DNA of 64,000 nucleotides from Fidelibacterota bacterium (GTDB lineage: Bacteria > Fidelibacterota > Marinisomatia > Marinisomatales > UBA1611). Positions 36,243-45,795 of the stretch are shown piece by piece. The notes below the pieces were generated by a model, which worked only from the letters and a program-made list of their open reading frames with translations, was not told the origin of the DNA and ran no database searches. Numbering within the stretch: position 1 is the stretch's first letter; every line of letters begins with the position of its first letter. The stretch is taken from positions 4,106-68,105 of the forward strand of contig JABIHN010000018.1 of assembly GCA_018649625.1 (NCBI GenBank). The letters run 5' to 3'. The position numbers and the translations under genes are program-made.

Positions 36243-37799
36243 TTATTTTATCAGCATCACTTTTTGGCTACGAATCCCAAAATCTGACTTAACCTGAACA
36301 AGATATGGTCCAGAAGGAAGAGAATTACCACGTAGAATAAATTCATTAGAACCTGAATTTAATTGTCCCAAATTGAATTCTTGAATTTGTTTACCATTTA
36401 AGTCGAACAGTCTAATTTTCACGATAGAATTTGATGGGAGGTTGAATGAAATTGTTGTTGATGGATTAAATGGATTTGGATAGGCTGGGTGTAATTTGAA
36501 TTTCTTTAGGATATGAGATTCATCATGAATAGCTACCGTTTGATTAAGAAATGGGATTGGCGAAAAATTACCGCCAAAGACGGAGCTTGTAATTGATTCG
36601 CTTGTACCGAACCATCGAGTCATTAATGTTGAATAAATTTGTCTATAATCAAATTCCATTTCCATATTCCCATTTACATCAATTTGATTATAATTGGGAT
36701 TCTCTCCAAATATACCGCCATTTATATCTGAACCAAAAATAAGAGTAGGTGCACTTGTACCATGGTCTGTTCCTAAAGAAGCATTCTCAAAGGCTCTTCG
36801 GCCAAATTCGCTCGTTGTAACAACCAGAACTTTATCTAGAACGCCTAAAGCATCCATTTCTGATAGGAAAATTGATAGAGAATCGGAAAGTTCTGATAAA
36901 AGGGTAGAGTGCCTTCCTGTCGTAGATGGCGATGATCCAACTTGATCTATATGAGTATCATAACCATTTTGATATAGTCGATAAATAGGTGTTGGCAATC
37001 CGCCAGCTATTAATCTTGCTGTAATTTCAAATTGTTGACCTAGGCTTGTATTAGGATATTGCAGTACAGTATTGGGCGCATTCTCAGCTGTTTCGTTTAT
37101 TATTTGTGAATATTCGAAAGAAAGTAAATCCATTTCTCTTAAAAAGTTTAATTCATCTCCACCATAAGTATCAGGTGCTTCATTTTCTTGATCATTTATA
37201 TAATTTCCAGTAATGATAGAATACATGGTGTCTGGATCATAAAGGTATAGGGCCATGTTTGAATTTGACGATTTAAACTCTAATAAATTTGCGCTATTAA
37301 ATTGAATTGCAAGAGGAAACTCGGGGCTATTTTCAGGGAAACCTGGATATTCAGCTTCAAGAAAACGACCTATCCATCCAGTAAACAGTTCTTCATCTTC
37401 ACTTGAACCAGTATCCCAAATATCAGATGAACGGAAATGGGACAAATCGCCATTTGGATAGCCAACATTTTGAATAATACTCATTTGAGAGTTTTGATAA
37501 AAAGGTAGAAGAGGTTCTAATGCTGGGTGTAAAGCGAGGCTATCTGTAATTGGAATTGATTGATTATTGGGAATCCCAATCGTGGGTCTTAATTGGTAAT
37601 ATAAAGGGTCTTGGTGTGAAATGATTGTATTTAATCCGTCATTTCCACCATTTAATTTAACTAAAACTATAATTTTATCAGAATCTAGCGATGTTGTTTT
37701 TAAAGAGCTTCGTTTAGGTCCGCCTATTAAAGTTTTTGGGAGTGCAGCTCCAAGCGCAGAAATGACAAATGAAGATTTTAAAAAGTCTCGCCTTTTCAT
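36243..37799 (-). CDS. DUF1501-family protein with twin-arginine signal and T9SS C-terminal domain, copy A
   Basis: MKRRDFLKSSFVISALG. It has the same family blocks as copy B. C-terminus YPNPFNPSTTISF...GPYLVQV...KVMLIK. Confidence 0.85.
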   Translation of the reverse strand: MKRRDFLKSSFVISALGAALPKTLIGGPKRSSLKTTSLDSDKIIVLVKLNGGNDGLNTIISHQDPLYYQLRPTIGIPNNQSIPITDSLALHPALEPLLPFYQNSQMSIIQNVGYPNGDLSHFRSSDIWDTGSSEDEELFTGWIGRFLEAEYPGFPENSPEFPLAIQFNSANLLEFKSSNSNMALYLYDPDTMYSIITGNYINDQENEAPDTYGGDELNFLREMDLLSFEYSQIINETAENAPNTVLQYPNTSLGQQFEITARLIAGGLPTPIYRLYQNGYDTHIDQVGSSPSTTGRHSTLLSELSDSLSIFLSEMDALGVLDKVLVVTTSEFGRRAFENASLGTDHGTSAPTLIFGSDINGGIFGENPNYNQIDVNGNMEMEFDYRQIYSTLMTRWFGTSESITSSVFGGNFSPIPFLNQTVAIHDESHILKKFKLHPAYPNPFNPSTTISFNLPSNSIVKIRLFDLNGKQIQEFNLGQLNSGSNEFILRGNSLPSGPYLVQVKSDFGIRSQKVMLIK

Positions 37800-39451
37800 G
37801 ATAATTGAAATTCAGGTAGTCTAAACATATGTATTAACATATCTTTCATTCGATTCCATTGTGAATTGTAAGATGGAAGATTAATATTCCAATCATAGGG
37901 TTCTGCACCATTTAATAGAATGTCTTGCAGTTGTTGCTCCATAGCTTCGGTTAAGGGTAACCCGAAAAAAATGAAGGCTAATTTCCGAACAACTTGTTCA
38001 CTCGGATACCCATCATCATTTGGATTATATAATGATTGTGAAAGAGTCTGGAGATTCAAATAGGTTCCAAAATTCCCGAAAGGGCTTTCACCTGTAATGA
38101 GAGATGAAAGAACAATTTTACGCATTGGAATTGTATTGGAATTAATCCATGAATGATATCCTAACCAACCACTTACATCTGGTGGCTCAAATAATAGCAT
38201 ACCCATTGAATCTTGTAAATTTGGAAAAAAATTAGTTGGAAAGTTTTGATTTTGAAGATTTAATCTTTTAATTGTGCCCGTCATCATCTGATTTGGATTT
38301 TGAATTGCTGCACCACGAAAATTTGGATCATGAAAATGTTCACTTAATAATAAGAATTCCATCATTGGTTTTATTTCATAATCATTTGATCTTAAAACAT
38401 CAGCCATTTCAGAAATAAATGATTCATCTACATTATCATAAACAAACCATTTATAAATTCGACGACAAATTTGTTTTGCACATTCATCTTGTTCTAAAAT
38501 GATATTTAATATATCATCTCCAGTCCAGTTTCCAGTTTGTCCAAAAAAAGTTTTTTCATCAAAATCATGCCAATCAGTCCACCAGTATCCCCATCCTTCC
38601 ATAGTTTCAAAATCATAATTTGTTTGAATTCCATCAGTAACGTATCCAGTAAATGCTCTTGATGCTGCCACAACATCATCTTGTGAATAATTATTAACAC
38701 CTAATGTAAATAACTCCATTAATTCTCTTGCGAAATTTTCATTAGGCGCATGTTTTTTACTTCCACCAGTATCAAGCCAAATTATCATAGCTGGACCAAA
38801 AGTAATTTGTCTTAAAAGAGATTTGAAATTACCAAGACCATGTGTTCGGAAAACTTGTTGTTGATGGTACATTGCTTGTGGGTAAAAAACTTTAGAATAA
38901 CCGGTTGCGAAATAATGATGCCAAAATAGTGTCATGGTTTCAGTAATATTTATTGATTCATTCATCATTCTTTCACACCACCATCTTCGAAATTGATTCA
39001 TTCGATTGTAATATGATTGAATAATTTCATTTCTTTCAGCAGTTGATAAAGAATTCCAATTTGGTAGATCTTCATTCACCCAAATTCCAGGCGGTTCAGG
39101 AAGAGATTGTTCTTCTAATAATGATTGTACGGTTGACTCTAAACCAGATGTGAATGATGTATTAATTTCATCGTAGGACGGACCTGAAAGAGTGCGATTT
39201 AATAAGTGTTTTGCTGCATCAAGATTCCAATCAATTTCTTGTAAAGAATTGGTTCTATTTTTTACATGAATAATTGGGAGCGTTTTTTCTGTTTTTTGAA
39301 TTGAATGGCTGATGGGATTCTTTTCGAAATTTGCCCTAATTAGTTTAGCGACTTCTTTTGTTGGCCAATTGGGATTTAGTCTATCTAGGTAAGTTTTAGA
39401 TTTTTTTCCACCGGAAATGAATTGTCTTCTAGATATTCGTGAATTAGACAT
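37796..39451 (-). CDS. DUF1800-family protein, copy A
   Basis: 551 aa. HLLNRTLSGP, TLFWHHYFAT, NENFARELMELFTLGV and EPPDVSGWLGY. ATGA overlap with copy A of DUF1501. Confidence 0.85.
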   Translation of the reverse strand: MSNSRISRRQFISGGKKSKTYLDRLNPNWPTKEVAKLIRANFEKNPISHSIQKTEKTLPIIHVKNRTNSLQEIDWNLDAAKHLLNRTLSGPSYDEINTSFTSGLESTVQSLLEEQSLPEPPGIWVNEDLPNWNSLSTAERNEIIQSYYNRMNQFRRWWCERMMNESINITETMTLFWHHYFATGYSKVFYPQAMYHQQQVFRTHGLGNFKSLLRQITFGPAMIIWLDTGGSKKHAPNENFARELMELFTLGVNNYSQDDVVAASRAFTGYVTDGIQTNYDFETMEGWGYWWTDWHDFDEKTFFGQTGNWTGDDILNIILEQDECAKQICRRIYKWFVYDNVDESFISEMADVLRSNDYEIKPMMEFLLLSEHFHDPNFRGAAIQNPNQMMTGTIKRLNLQNQNFPTNFFPNLQDSMGMLLFEPPDVSGWLGYHSWINSNTIPMRKIVLSSLITGESPFGNFGTYLNLQTLSQSLYNPNDDGYPSEQVVRKLAFIFFGLPLTEAMEQQLQDILLNGAEPYDWNINLPSYNSQWNRMKDMLIHMFRLPEFQLS

Positions 39452-39501
39452 GGTTTTAATTTAAATATTTATTAATGAAGTTCAACAATTGATATTGAAA
39501 A

Positions 39502-40107
39502 TCAATATTTAAAAATAAAATTATGAATTAGATCTCGTGCTTTGAGTGGAACTTTATGGCGAGCAGATAAAATTTTCAGATTAACTTTATACCCTAAATT
39601 TTGAAAAATTTTAAAAGATTTTTGACTCTCATCTGGTAAAATTATTTCATCTTTATTACCGTGAATTAGTAAAATTTTTGTTTTTTTACTATTATTCGTG
39701 GCATCTTGTACAAAATTATTTTTATTCTTAATAAATCCAGCAATAGGAATAATTCCACCTAATGAATAGTCTTGACGGATCATGAATTCCATGGATAAGC
39801 ATGCACCTTGGGAGAACCCGAGTAAAAAAATTTCATTTAACTTAAATCCTTGATGGGTTAAATCCTGAATTATGGATTGAATTAATACCAATGATTTTTC
39901 CACTTCCCATCCAATTTTATCATTTCCTTGAAACCATGTAAATCCTTTTTTCTCCGATTTAAATGGTGCTTGTGGAATAATCCAAAGTGTATCCGGAAGC
40001 TTTAATGATTTAGTAACTGGATCCATTGAAGTCACATCCCCTGTCCACCCATGTATTGCAATTACAGCTTTGTTAGGTGAATTGGATGTAGAAAAGGAGG
40101 TTTTCAT
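39502..40107 (-). CDS. Alpha/beta hydrolase, phospholipase/carboxylesterase family
   Basis: 201 aa. Has the HGWTGD oxyanion region, the nucleophile GFSQGA, and later HGNKDEII and ARH. Confidence 0.8.
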   Translation of the reverse strand: MKTSFSTSNSPNKAVIAIHGWTGDVTSMDPVTKSLKLPDTLWIIPQAPFKSEKKGFTWFQGNDKIGWEVEKSLVLIQSIIQDLTHQGFKLNEIFLLGFSQGACLSMEFMIRQDYSLGGIIPIAGFIKNKNNFVQDATNNSKKTKILLIHGNKDEIILPDESQKSFKIFQNLGYKVNLKILSARHKVPLKARDLIHNFIFKY

Positions 40108-40147
40108 ATTTTAGGCTTTTTTGATGATTGTTAAATGTTTTATAGAT

Positions 40148-40810
40148 TTAAGATGTCATATTTCGATTCGCTTCATAATCATCCATACGAAGCTTGAAAT
40201 CATTATTATTCTGTGCTTGTAATAAAGGGCTAATTTTAATATTCTGTTCTAATGTAATTGATGGACGGTCACCATAATCATGTCCAGGATAAATTCTTGT
40301 ATTCTTAGGTAATGTCAAAATAGATTTATAAACAGAATTGTAAAGGTCATTACAGTTACTTCTTTGGGATAGAACACGTCCGGTTCGTCCAACAAATAAT
40401 GTATCGCCTGTAAAAAGAACGGAATCTAAATGGTAACAAATAGAATCAAAATAATGTCCTGGTGTATGAATGGCTGTAAATGCCAATTTCCCAATATTAA
40501 ATAATTGCTTATGTTCTAAAGATTTGAATCTTACTTTATATAATTCCGTAGATGAGTATGGGTGCCCTAAAATAATCATATTTGGGAAAGCTTTTGTATA
40601 TTCTTCTAAATATGCTGTATGGTCACCATGAGTATGGGTGATTAATACAGCTCTAGGCTGATTGTTGAGGTAATGAGAAATATGTTTTAAGTCAATGGCC
40701 GCATCAATAATAACCTGAATACCAGTTTTATTACAAGTAATTACGTAAGTAAAGTTTTTATCATATCCACCTAAAATGGAACGAATTGAGAAATCAGTTG
40801 TTGATATCAT
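40148..40810 (-). CDS. MBL-fold metallo-hydrolase (glyoxalase II-like)
   Basis: 220 aa. Motifs THTHGDH, TPGH and GDTLF. Confidence 0.85.
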   Translation of the reverse strand: MISTTDFSIRSILGGYDKNFTYVITCNKTGIQVIIDAAIDLKHISHYLNNQPRAVLITHTHGDHTAYLEEYTKAFPNMIILGHPYSSTELYKVRFKSLEHKQLFNIGKLAFTAIHTPGHYFDSICYHLDSVLFTGDTLFVGRTGRVLSQRSNCNDLYNSVYKSILTLPKNTRIYPGHDYGDRPSITLEQNIKISPLLQAQNNNDFKLRMDDYEANRNMTS

Positions 40811-40907
40811 GAATAATTGCAGAACAATGGACTATAATTTTGTAATTTTCAAATCATAATAATAGCATTATTATTAAGTTAATCAATTTTAATTAGGAAT
40901 ATTATAT

Positions 40908-41081
40908 ATGCAAAAAAGACAATTAGCATGGTACCTTATTTTCGGTGGATTGGCAATTATTTTGTTGTCATTTGTCACGACGATATTGGCATTCATAGGA
41001 AGTCATCCCATTCTTGGACTTGCTTTAATATCTATTGGATCTGGAATCTTCCTATTGGCGATTGAATCCAAGGATTCATAA
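40908..41081 (+). CDS. 57-aa two-TM mini-protein
   Basis: MQKRQLAWYLIFGGLAIILLSFVTTILAFIGSHPILGLALISIGSGIFLLAIESKDS. Below the track cutoff; no family recognised. Confidence 0.4.
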   Translation: MQKRQLAWYLIFGGLAIILLSFVTTILAFIGSHPILGLALISIGSGIFLLAIESKDS

Positions 41082-41137
41082 TTTGCCCAGTTAAAATTGT
41101 AAACTATTTCAAACTAATAACATAGGGAAAAGAAAAA

Positions 41138-41827
41138 ATGAAACATGGAATACTTCCATTAATTATCCTTTTAGTCATCGGATGTGGTTCTGATTCTAAA
41201 GGGACGTCTAGTACAACTTTAAGCTCATTTACGGATTCTGTCAGCTATTCGTTGGGAGCTGATTTAGGCGAAAACCTAAAGACACAAAATGTTGAAATCA
41301 ATTATGATCTCATTGTTGCGGGACTTACAGATGGTATGGAAACAGGTGTTGTTCAATTGAACCCAGATGAAAGACGGAAAGTTATGACTGCACTTCAGAA
41401 GAAAATTCGTGACCAAGCACAACAAGAAGGATCAAATAACCTTGTTGTTGCAGATGAATTTTTAGCAAAAAATAAATCAGAGAATTCAGAAGTAAAAGAA
41501 ACACCCACTGGATTACAATACAGAGTTATTCAGGAAGGTGAGGGTAATTCGCCAATAAAATCAGATAATGTAAAAGTTCATTATGTTGGACGTTTAATGG
41601 ATGGATCAGAATTTGATTCTTCTATTAAACGTGGTGAGCCATCTACGTTTGGATTGACTCAAGTAATTAAAGGATGGACTGAAGGATTACAGCTCATGAA
41701 TGTTGGATCAAAGTTTGAGTTTTATATTCATCCAAAACTTGCTTATGGCCCGAGACCTCGTCCCAGTATCCCCGGAAATAGTTTGCTTATTTTTGAGGTA
41801 GAATTACTAGAGATTATTGAGAAGTAA
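41138..41827 (+). CDS. FKBP-type peptidyl-prolyl cis-trans isomerase lipoprotein (FkpA/Mip-like)
   Basis: Lipobox LLVIGC. N-terminal dimerisation helix region. C-terminal FKBP domain GLQYRVIQEGEG...VKVHYVGRLMDGSEFDSS...VIKGWTEGLQLM. Confidence 0.9.
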   Translation: MKHGILPLIILLVIGCGSDSKGTSSTTLSSFTDSVSYSLGADLGENLKTQNVEINYDLIVAGLTDGMETGVVQLNPDERRKVMTALQKKIRDQAQQEGSNNLVVADEFLAKNKSENSEVKETPTGLQYRVIQEGEGNSPIKSDNVKVHYVGRLMDGSEFDSSIKRGEPSTFGLTQVIKGWTEGLQLMNVGSKFEFYIHPKLAYGPRPRPSIPGNSLLIFEVELLEIIEK

Positions 41828-41850
41828 TTATATTATAAAGAGTATTAATA

Positions 41851-41878
41851 AAAAAGGAGCAGAAATGCTCCTTTTTTT
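41851..41878 (+). terminator. Rho-independent terminator of the FKBP gene
   Basis: AAAAA-GGAGCA-gaaa-TGCTCC-TTTTTTT. Confidence 0.8.
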
Positions 41879-42011
41879 ATATCCAGGAACGAATGAAAAC
41901 ACGAACTATTATTCTTTCCGACTATCGGGGTATATGTATAAATATAGTTTATTGGATGAATGGAAGTATTTGCTGGTTTTACCATCAATCAATAAACTTA
42001 AAAGCGAAACT

Positions 42012-42125
42012 ATGGGTGAGCGAAAAGACTGCTTTCAAAAGCTCATAGATGAAAATGGTTGGTCTAAATCTGAGTTGTCGAGGCAGTTAAACGTAAGTAC
42101 CGCTTTGGGTGTCAATGGTGTTTAA
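42012..42125 (+). pseudogene. Possible remnant or mini HTH (XRE-like helix-turn-helix) ORF, 37 codons
   Basis: MGERKDCFQKLIDENGWSKSELSRQLNVSTALGVNGV. The G.S.SEL...L.VS pattern is HTH-like, but the frame stops right after helix 3. Confidence 0.2.
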
Positions 42126-42231
42126 TTCTGCTTAGATTTATTCTTTTATTTTCATTTTTCTTTTAGAGTTGATAAGAGTTTTTAAAAAAAAAGATTTCAT
42201 CTAATTTTATTAAATAAGACATATTAAATTT

Positions 42232-45200
42232 ATGGAAGGACATTTTCATTTGACGCAATTATTCACAAAAAATATATACACAAAAATATTAGTTATAATA
42301 TCTGTATTATTTCTTTTTTATATATATTCGCTTTGGTATAAATCTTATGTACAAAAAACGGGTTATGGACCGCGTGTAGTATTTGCATCAAAAAGAAACT
42401 TTTTTACTAAAACTCGTGGAAATATAGAAGGGTATCGAGTTGTGCTTGATTTTCGTAAAAAGTTAAATTCATCTCATCCCGGATTTCTTGTCCCCAAATA
42501 TTCAAACTTTATTCAAGCATATGAAGGTGATAGTTTTATTTCCCACGATACAGTATTGCAAGCTCAACAAATACCAATTCAGGAAATTTCTAAAATTGAA
42601 TATAAGAAGATTAATAAAGATAGTTCATTTGCACTATGGGCAATTCAAAGAGTTAATTCAAAATCGCTTATTCCTCGAACAAGTCTTTATGTTTTAGAAC
42701 CATCAGAATTTGAGCTATGGTGGAAACCTCCAAATTCTTCAAACTATGAAAAACTGGATAATTCAGAAGAATTAAATATTCGGATTCATGATGAAGTAAA
42801 GTTGAATGGAATCGAAGTAACAGAATACGATGATAATTATACTATTTGGATACTCGGTTATAATGGTATTTTATATAATTATTTTGTTGATAAAACAACT
42901 GTGCAAGAAAATGGAGGTATTCTTAAGAAAGGCCCTAAGATTTTAGCAGCAAATACGCCAACAGATATGCGGTATATCTGTGATTTGACAATAATACTTG
43001 GTGATTCATATAATACAGGTTGGCAAAGTTTGGATGCTATTGAAGGAGAAATTAGAGGACTTCCTGCAAGTCAAAAATATCATTATTTTTTTTCAATTAA
43101 TGCGGTAAAGCTTGAGTACCTCGTAATTGGGATACCTAAAGGAGACAATGATAATCCTATAATTACACATACATTACCATTTGATGTGAATAATACTAAA
43201 ATTAAGTGGGATGAAGGAACAGTGGTTTTTAGACCAATTTCTAACTACGGTTCTGATGATTCTCTCTTTATTATTTCAGCGGATGCTTTCGGTGCATCAG
43301 TTTTTACAAGAAAAATTGATTTAAGTTTTGAAAAGAAGGATAAATCAAGCTTTGGGCTAAATATGAATACGCAAGTAATAGACAGTATTCAAGTTTATGG
43401 CTTTGACCAAGAGCGTGCTTATATAGAAGGAGTAGCGCTCGGAACAAATGAACATACAGATTTAGTTGTTTCAGATAGGGAAGGTATTATTCATCAATAT
43501 CAATGTTATCATACGAAATTATTTCCAAATCAACCGATTAAGCTTAGTTGCATTATTCGAAAATGTATCCCAAAAAATATTTTTAGTTTTTTAAAAGACG
43601 GCACTTTTGATAGTCCTATAAAAGTCGATTTAAGAACGAGCGTGACACATGGTCAAGATGTTGCATATGATAGCCAAGGCGGAGTTTGGATTGCAGATGA
43701 ACACTATTTTAGAAAAATTTACCCTTCATTATTTGGCTTCTGGTATCAATGGGCATTGTTTTTTGCGAATCAAAATTGGATCCCCGTTTTGTTTATATTT
43801 GGAATAGTTTTTAATCTTTACAGAGCTGGTAGTCGTATGAAAACTGCCCAAATTCTTATTGAAAAACAAAATATAGAATTAAAAAAACATTCCCAAATAC
43901 AATCGACATTTTTTGCTCATATTTCTCATGAATTCAGGACGCCACTTAACTTGATTCTTGAGCCATTAAATGAACTTCGAGAAAAAGATTTAAAAGGCAA
44001 TTTTCTTAAACAATATAATATGATTGAACAAAATGGAAATAGGTTATTAAAACTGATCGATCGATTATTAAAACTTTCAAAATTAAAAGTAGGTAAACTT
44101 TCCTTACGAGCTGGGCACTATAATTTAATTCCTTTTTTACAAGGAGTTGAGCAAGCGTTTGAACTCTATGCCAAACATGAACGAATATCTTTGAGGTTTG
44201 AATCAAATGAAGAGAAGATAATGTTATATTTTGATTATGATAAGCTTGAAGATATTCTGTATAATTTATTGGCAAATGCTTTACGGCATACAAACACAAA
44301 CGGGAAAGTATTAATTAAAATTAAATGTCAACCGGGAAATAAATATTTCCCTGAAGGATTTGTCAATATTTCCATAAAAGACACAGGTTGCGGAATTACA
44401 AAAGAACGTTTACCATATATTTTCGATCTTTATTATCAAGCAAACGAAGATAAAATTGGCACAGGAATCGGGTTAGCATTAACAAAAGGACTTATTCAAT
44501 TACATCATGGCGATATCAGTGTCAAAAGTGAACTTAATTGGGGAACTCAATTTTCTTTTAATTTGCCACTGGGTAAAAAGCATATTAATAAAAAAGAAAT
44601 TATACGAAGTCAAAATAGCGTAAAAAATAATGGTAGTGGCATTTTGAAAGAAGTTGATTATAATGAAGAGATTGAACCTTCTCTCCATCCATCAAAAACT
44701 GATCCCAAATCAGAAATTATTTTACTCATAGATGATCAACCTGATTGGAGAAATTATGTAAAAGAAAATTTATCTGATCAATATCAGATAATTGAAGCAA
44801 AAGATGGCGGAGAAGGATATGGCTTAGCAATATCCAATGATCCTGATATGATTATTTGTGATATTAATTTACCTGTTTTGGATGGTTTGAAATTGTGTGA
44901 AAAATTAAAAAATGATTTACGAACCAGCCATATACCATTGTTATTGTTAACGGGACGAGCTGATGAAGACGATGAAATTGAAGGATTTGATGCTGGGGCT
45001 GATGACTATATCACAAAACCAGTTAAACTAAAGGTATTAAAAGCTCGCATTAGAAATCATTTATCTCAGAGTCAAAATGTAATTAAAACGATCAAACGTA
45101 CAGGTTCAATTGATTCTGTAATAAAATTAGATTCCCCTGAAACAAAAGAATTTTTAATAAAATTCAGGAGCATAATTGATGAGAATCTATCCAGCGGTAA

Positions 45201-45465
45201 ATATTTTGATATGACTATTTTAGCAAAAAAGATGGGAATGTCCAGAAAATCGCTCTATCGAAAATTTTCAAAAACTATTGATATGTCACCCGGTGATTAC
45301 GCATATGAAATAAGGCTTCAAAAAGCTGCAAGTCTTTTATTACATTCAAATGAAACAATTGAAAAAATAGCATTAAATGTAGGGTTTTCAAGTGGATCGC
45401 ATCTTGCGAAACGATTTCGCGATCGATTTGGTTTATCCCCAAATGATTATAGAGATAAAAATTGA
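42232..45465 (+). CDS. Hybrid two-component system protein (periplasmic sensor + HisKA + HATPase_c + REC + AraC-type HTH)
   Basis: 1077 aa. N-terminal TM, then about 480 aa periplasmic with one regulator-propeller-like repeat (DVAYDSQGGVWIA), then a second TM. H-box FFAHISHEFRTPLN, G-box GTGIGLALTKGL, REC domain ILLIDDQPD...DMIICDINLPVLDG, and a C-terminal AraC HTH (IALNVGFSSGSHLAKRFRDRFGLSPNDYR). Confidence 0.85.
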   Translation: MEGHFHLTQLFTKNIYTKILVIISVLFLFYIYSLWYKSYVQKTGYGPRVVFASKRNFFTKTRGNIEGYRVVLDFRKKLNSSHPGFLVPKYSNFIQAYEGDSFISHDTVLQAQQIPIQEISKIEYKKINKDSSFALWAIQRVNSKSLIPRTSLYVLEPSEFELWWKPPNSSNYEKLDNSEELNIRIHDEVKLNGIEVTEYDDNYTIWILGYNGILYNYFVDKTTVQENGGILKKGPKILAANTPTDMRYICDLTIILGDSYNTGWQSLDAIEGEIRGLPASQKYHYFFSINAVKLEYLVIGIPKGDNDNPIITHTLPFDVNNTKIKWDEGTVVFRPISNYGSDDSLFIISADAFGASVFTRKIDLSFEKKDKSSFGLNMNTQVIDSIQVYGFDQERAYIEGVALGTNEHTDLVVSDREGIIHQYQCYHTKLFPNQPIKLSCIIRKCIPKNIFSFLKDGTFDSPIKVDLRTSVTHGQDVAYDSQGGVWIADEHYFRKIYPSLFGFWYQWALFFANQNWIPVLFIFGIVFNLYRAGSRMKTAQILIEKQNIELKKHSQIQSTFFAHISHEFRTPLNLILEPLNELREKDLKGNFLKQYNMIEQNGNRLLKLIDRLLKLSKLKVGKLSLRAGHYNLIPFLQGVEQAFELYAKHERISLRFESNEEKIMLYFDYDKLEDILYNLLANALRHTNTNGKVLIKIKCQPGNKYFPEGFVNISIKDTGCGITKERLPYIFDLYYQANEDKIGTGIGLALTKGLIQLHHGDISVKSELNWGTQFSFNLPLGKKHINKKEIIRSQNSVKNNGSGILKEVDYNEEIEPSLHPSKTDPKSEIILLIDDQPDWRNYVKENLSDQYQIIEAKDGGEGYGLAISNDPDMIICDINLPVLDGLKLCEKLKNDLRTSHIPLLLLTGRADEDDEIEGFDAGADDYITKPVKLKVLKARIRNHLSQSQNVIKTIKRTGSIDSVIKLDSPETKEFLIKFRSIIDENLSSGKYFDMTILAKKMGMSRKSLYRKFSKTIDMSPGDYAYEIRLQKAASLLLHSNETIEKIALNVGFSSGSHLAKRFRDRFGLSPNDYRDKN

Positions 45466-45617
45466 TGCACATTGCTATAATAATCAATCATTCTCTATAA
45501 TTAAATAAAATCTAATTTTTTCCCCTATATAGTTAAAATTGACACAATTATGTTGCAACTTGGCACGGTCGTGTTTGGTGTAGCAATGATATTAGTTTGT
45601 AATTTTCCAAGTCTTTC

Positions 45618-45644
45618 TAATTGGATAAAACTGGTAATTGGATA
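45618..45644 (+). promoter_or_regulatory. Perfect 10-bp direct repeat TAATTGGATA x2 (17-bp period) upstream of the TonB receptor gene
   Basis: Copies at 45618-45627 and 45635-45644, about 150 bp upstream of ATG 45796. Direct repeats are the usual site geometry for AraC-type domains. Chance occurrence in AT-rich DNA is not excluded. Confidence 0.3.
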
Positions 45645-45795
45645 TAATAAATCCTATTAAAAATATTTGTTTTATTTGAAAAAACAATAACAACCTGGTC
45701 AATCTTACTGAAAAAGACAGCTTGAAAAATGAAGAAATACTTTAATTATTCAAGTAGCGTTACGATTGTATAAACTAAATAAACTGGAGAATAAA

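Noticed and set aside
41817-42125. The 102-aa track ORF as a genuine gene.
   Set aside because: It starts inside the FKBP gene end and spans its rho-independent terminator. Only the last 37 codons look protein-like.
45552-45580. TTGCAAC-TTGGCACGG as a sigma-54 (-24/-12) promoter upstream of the TonB receptor gene.
   Set aside because: The GG and GC elements are in the wrong order and spacing. TGGCAC is followed by TGTT, not TTGC, at the -12 position.
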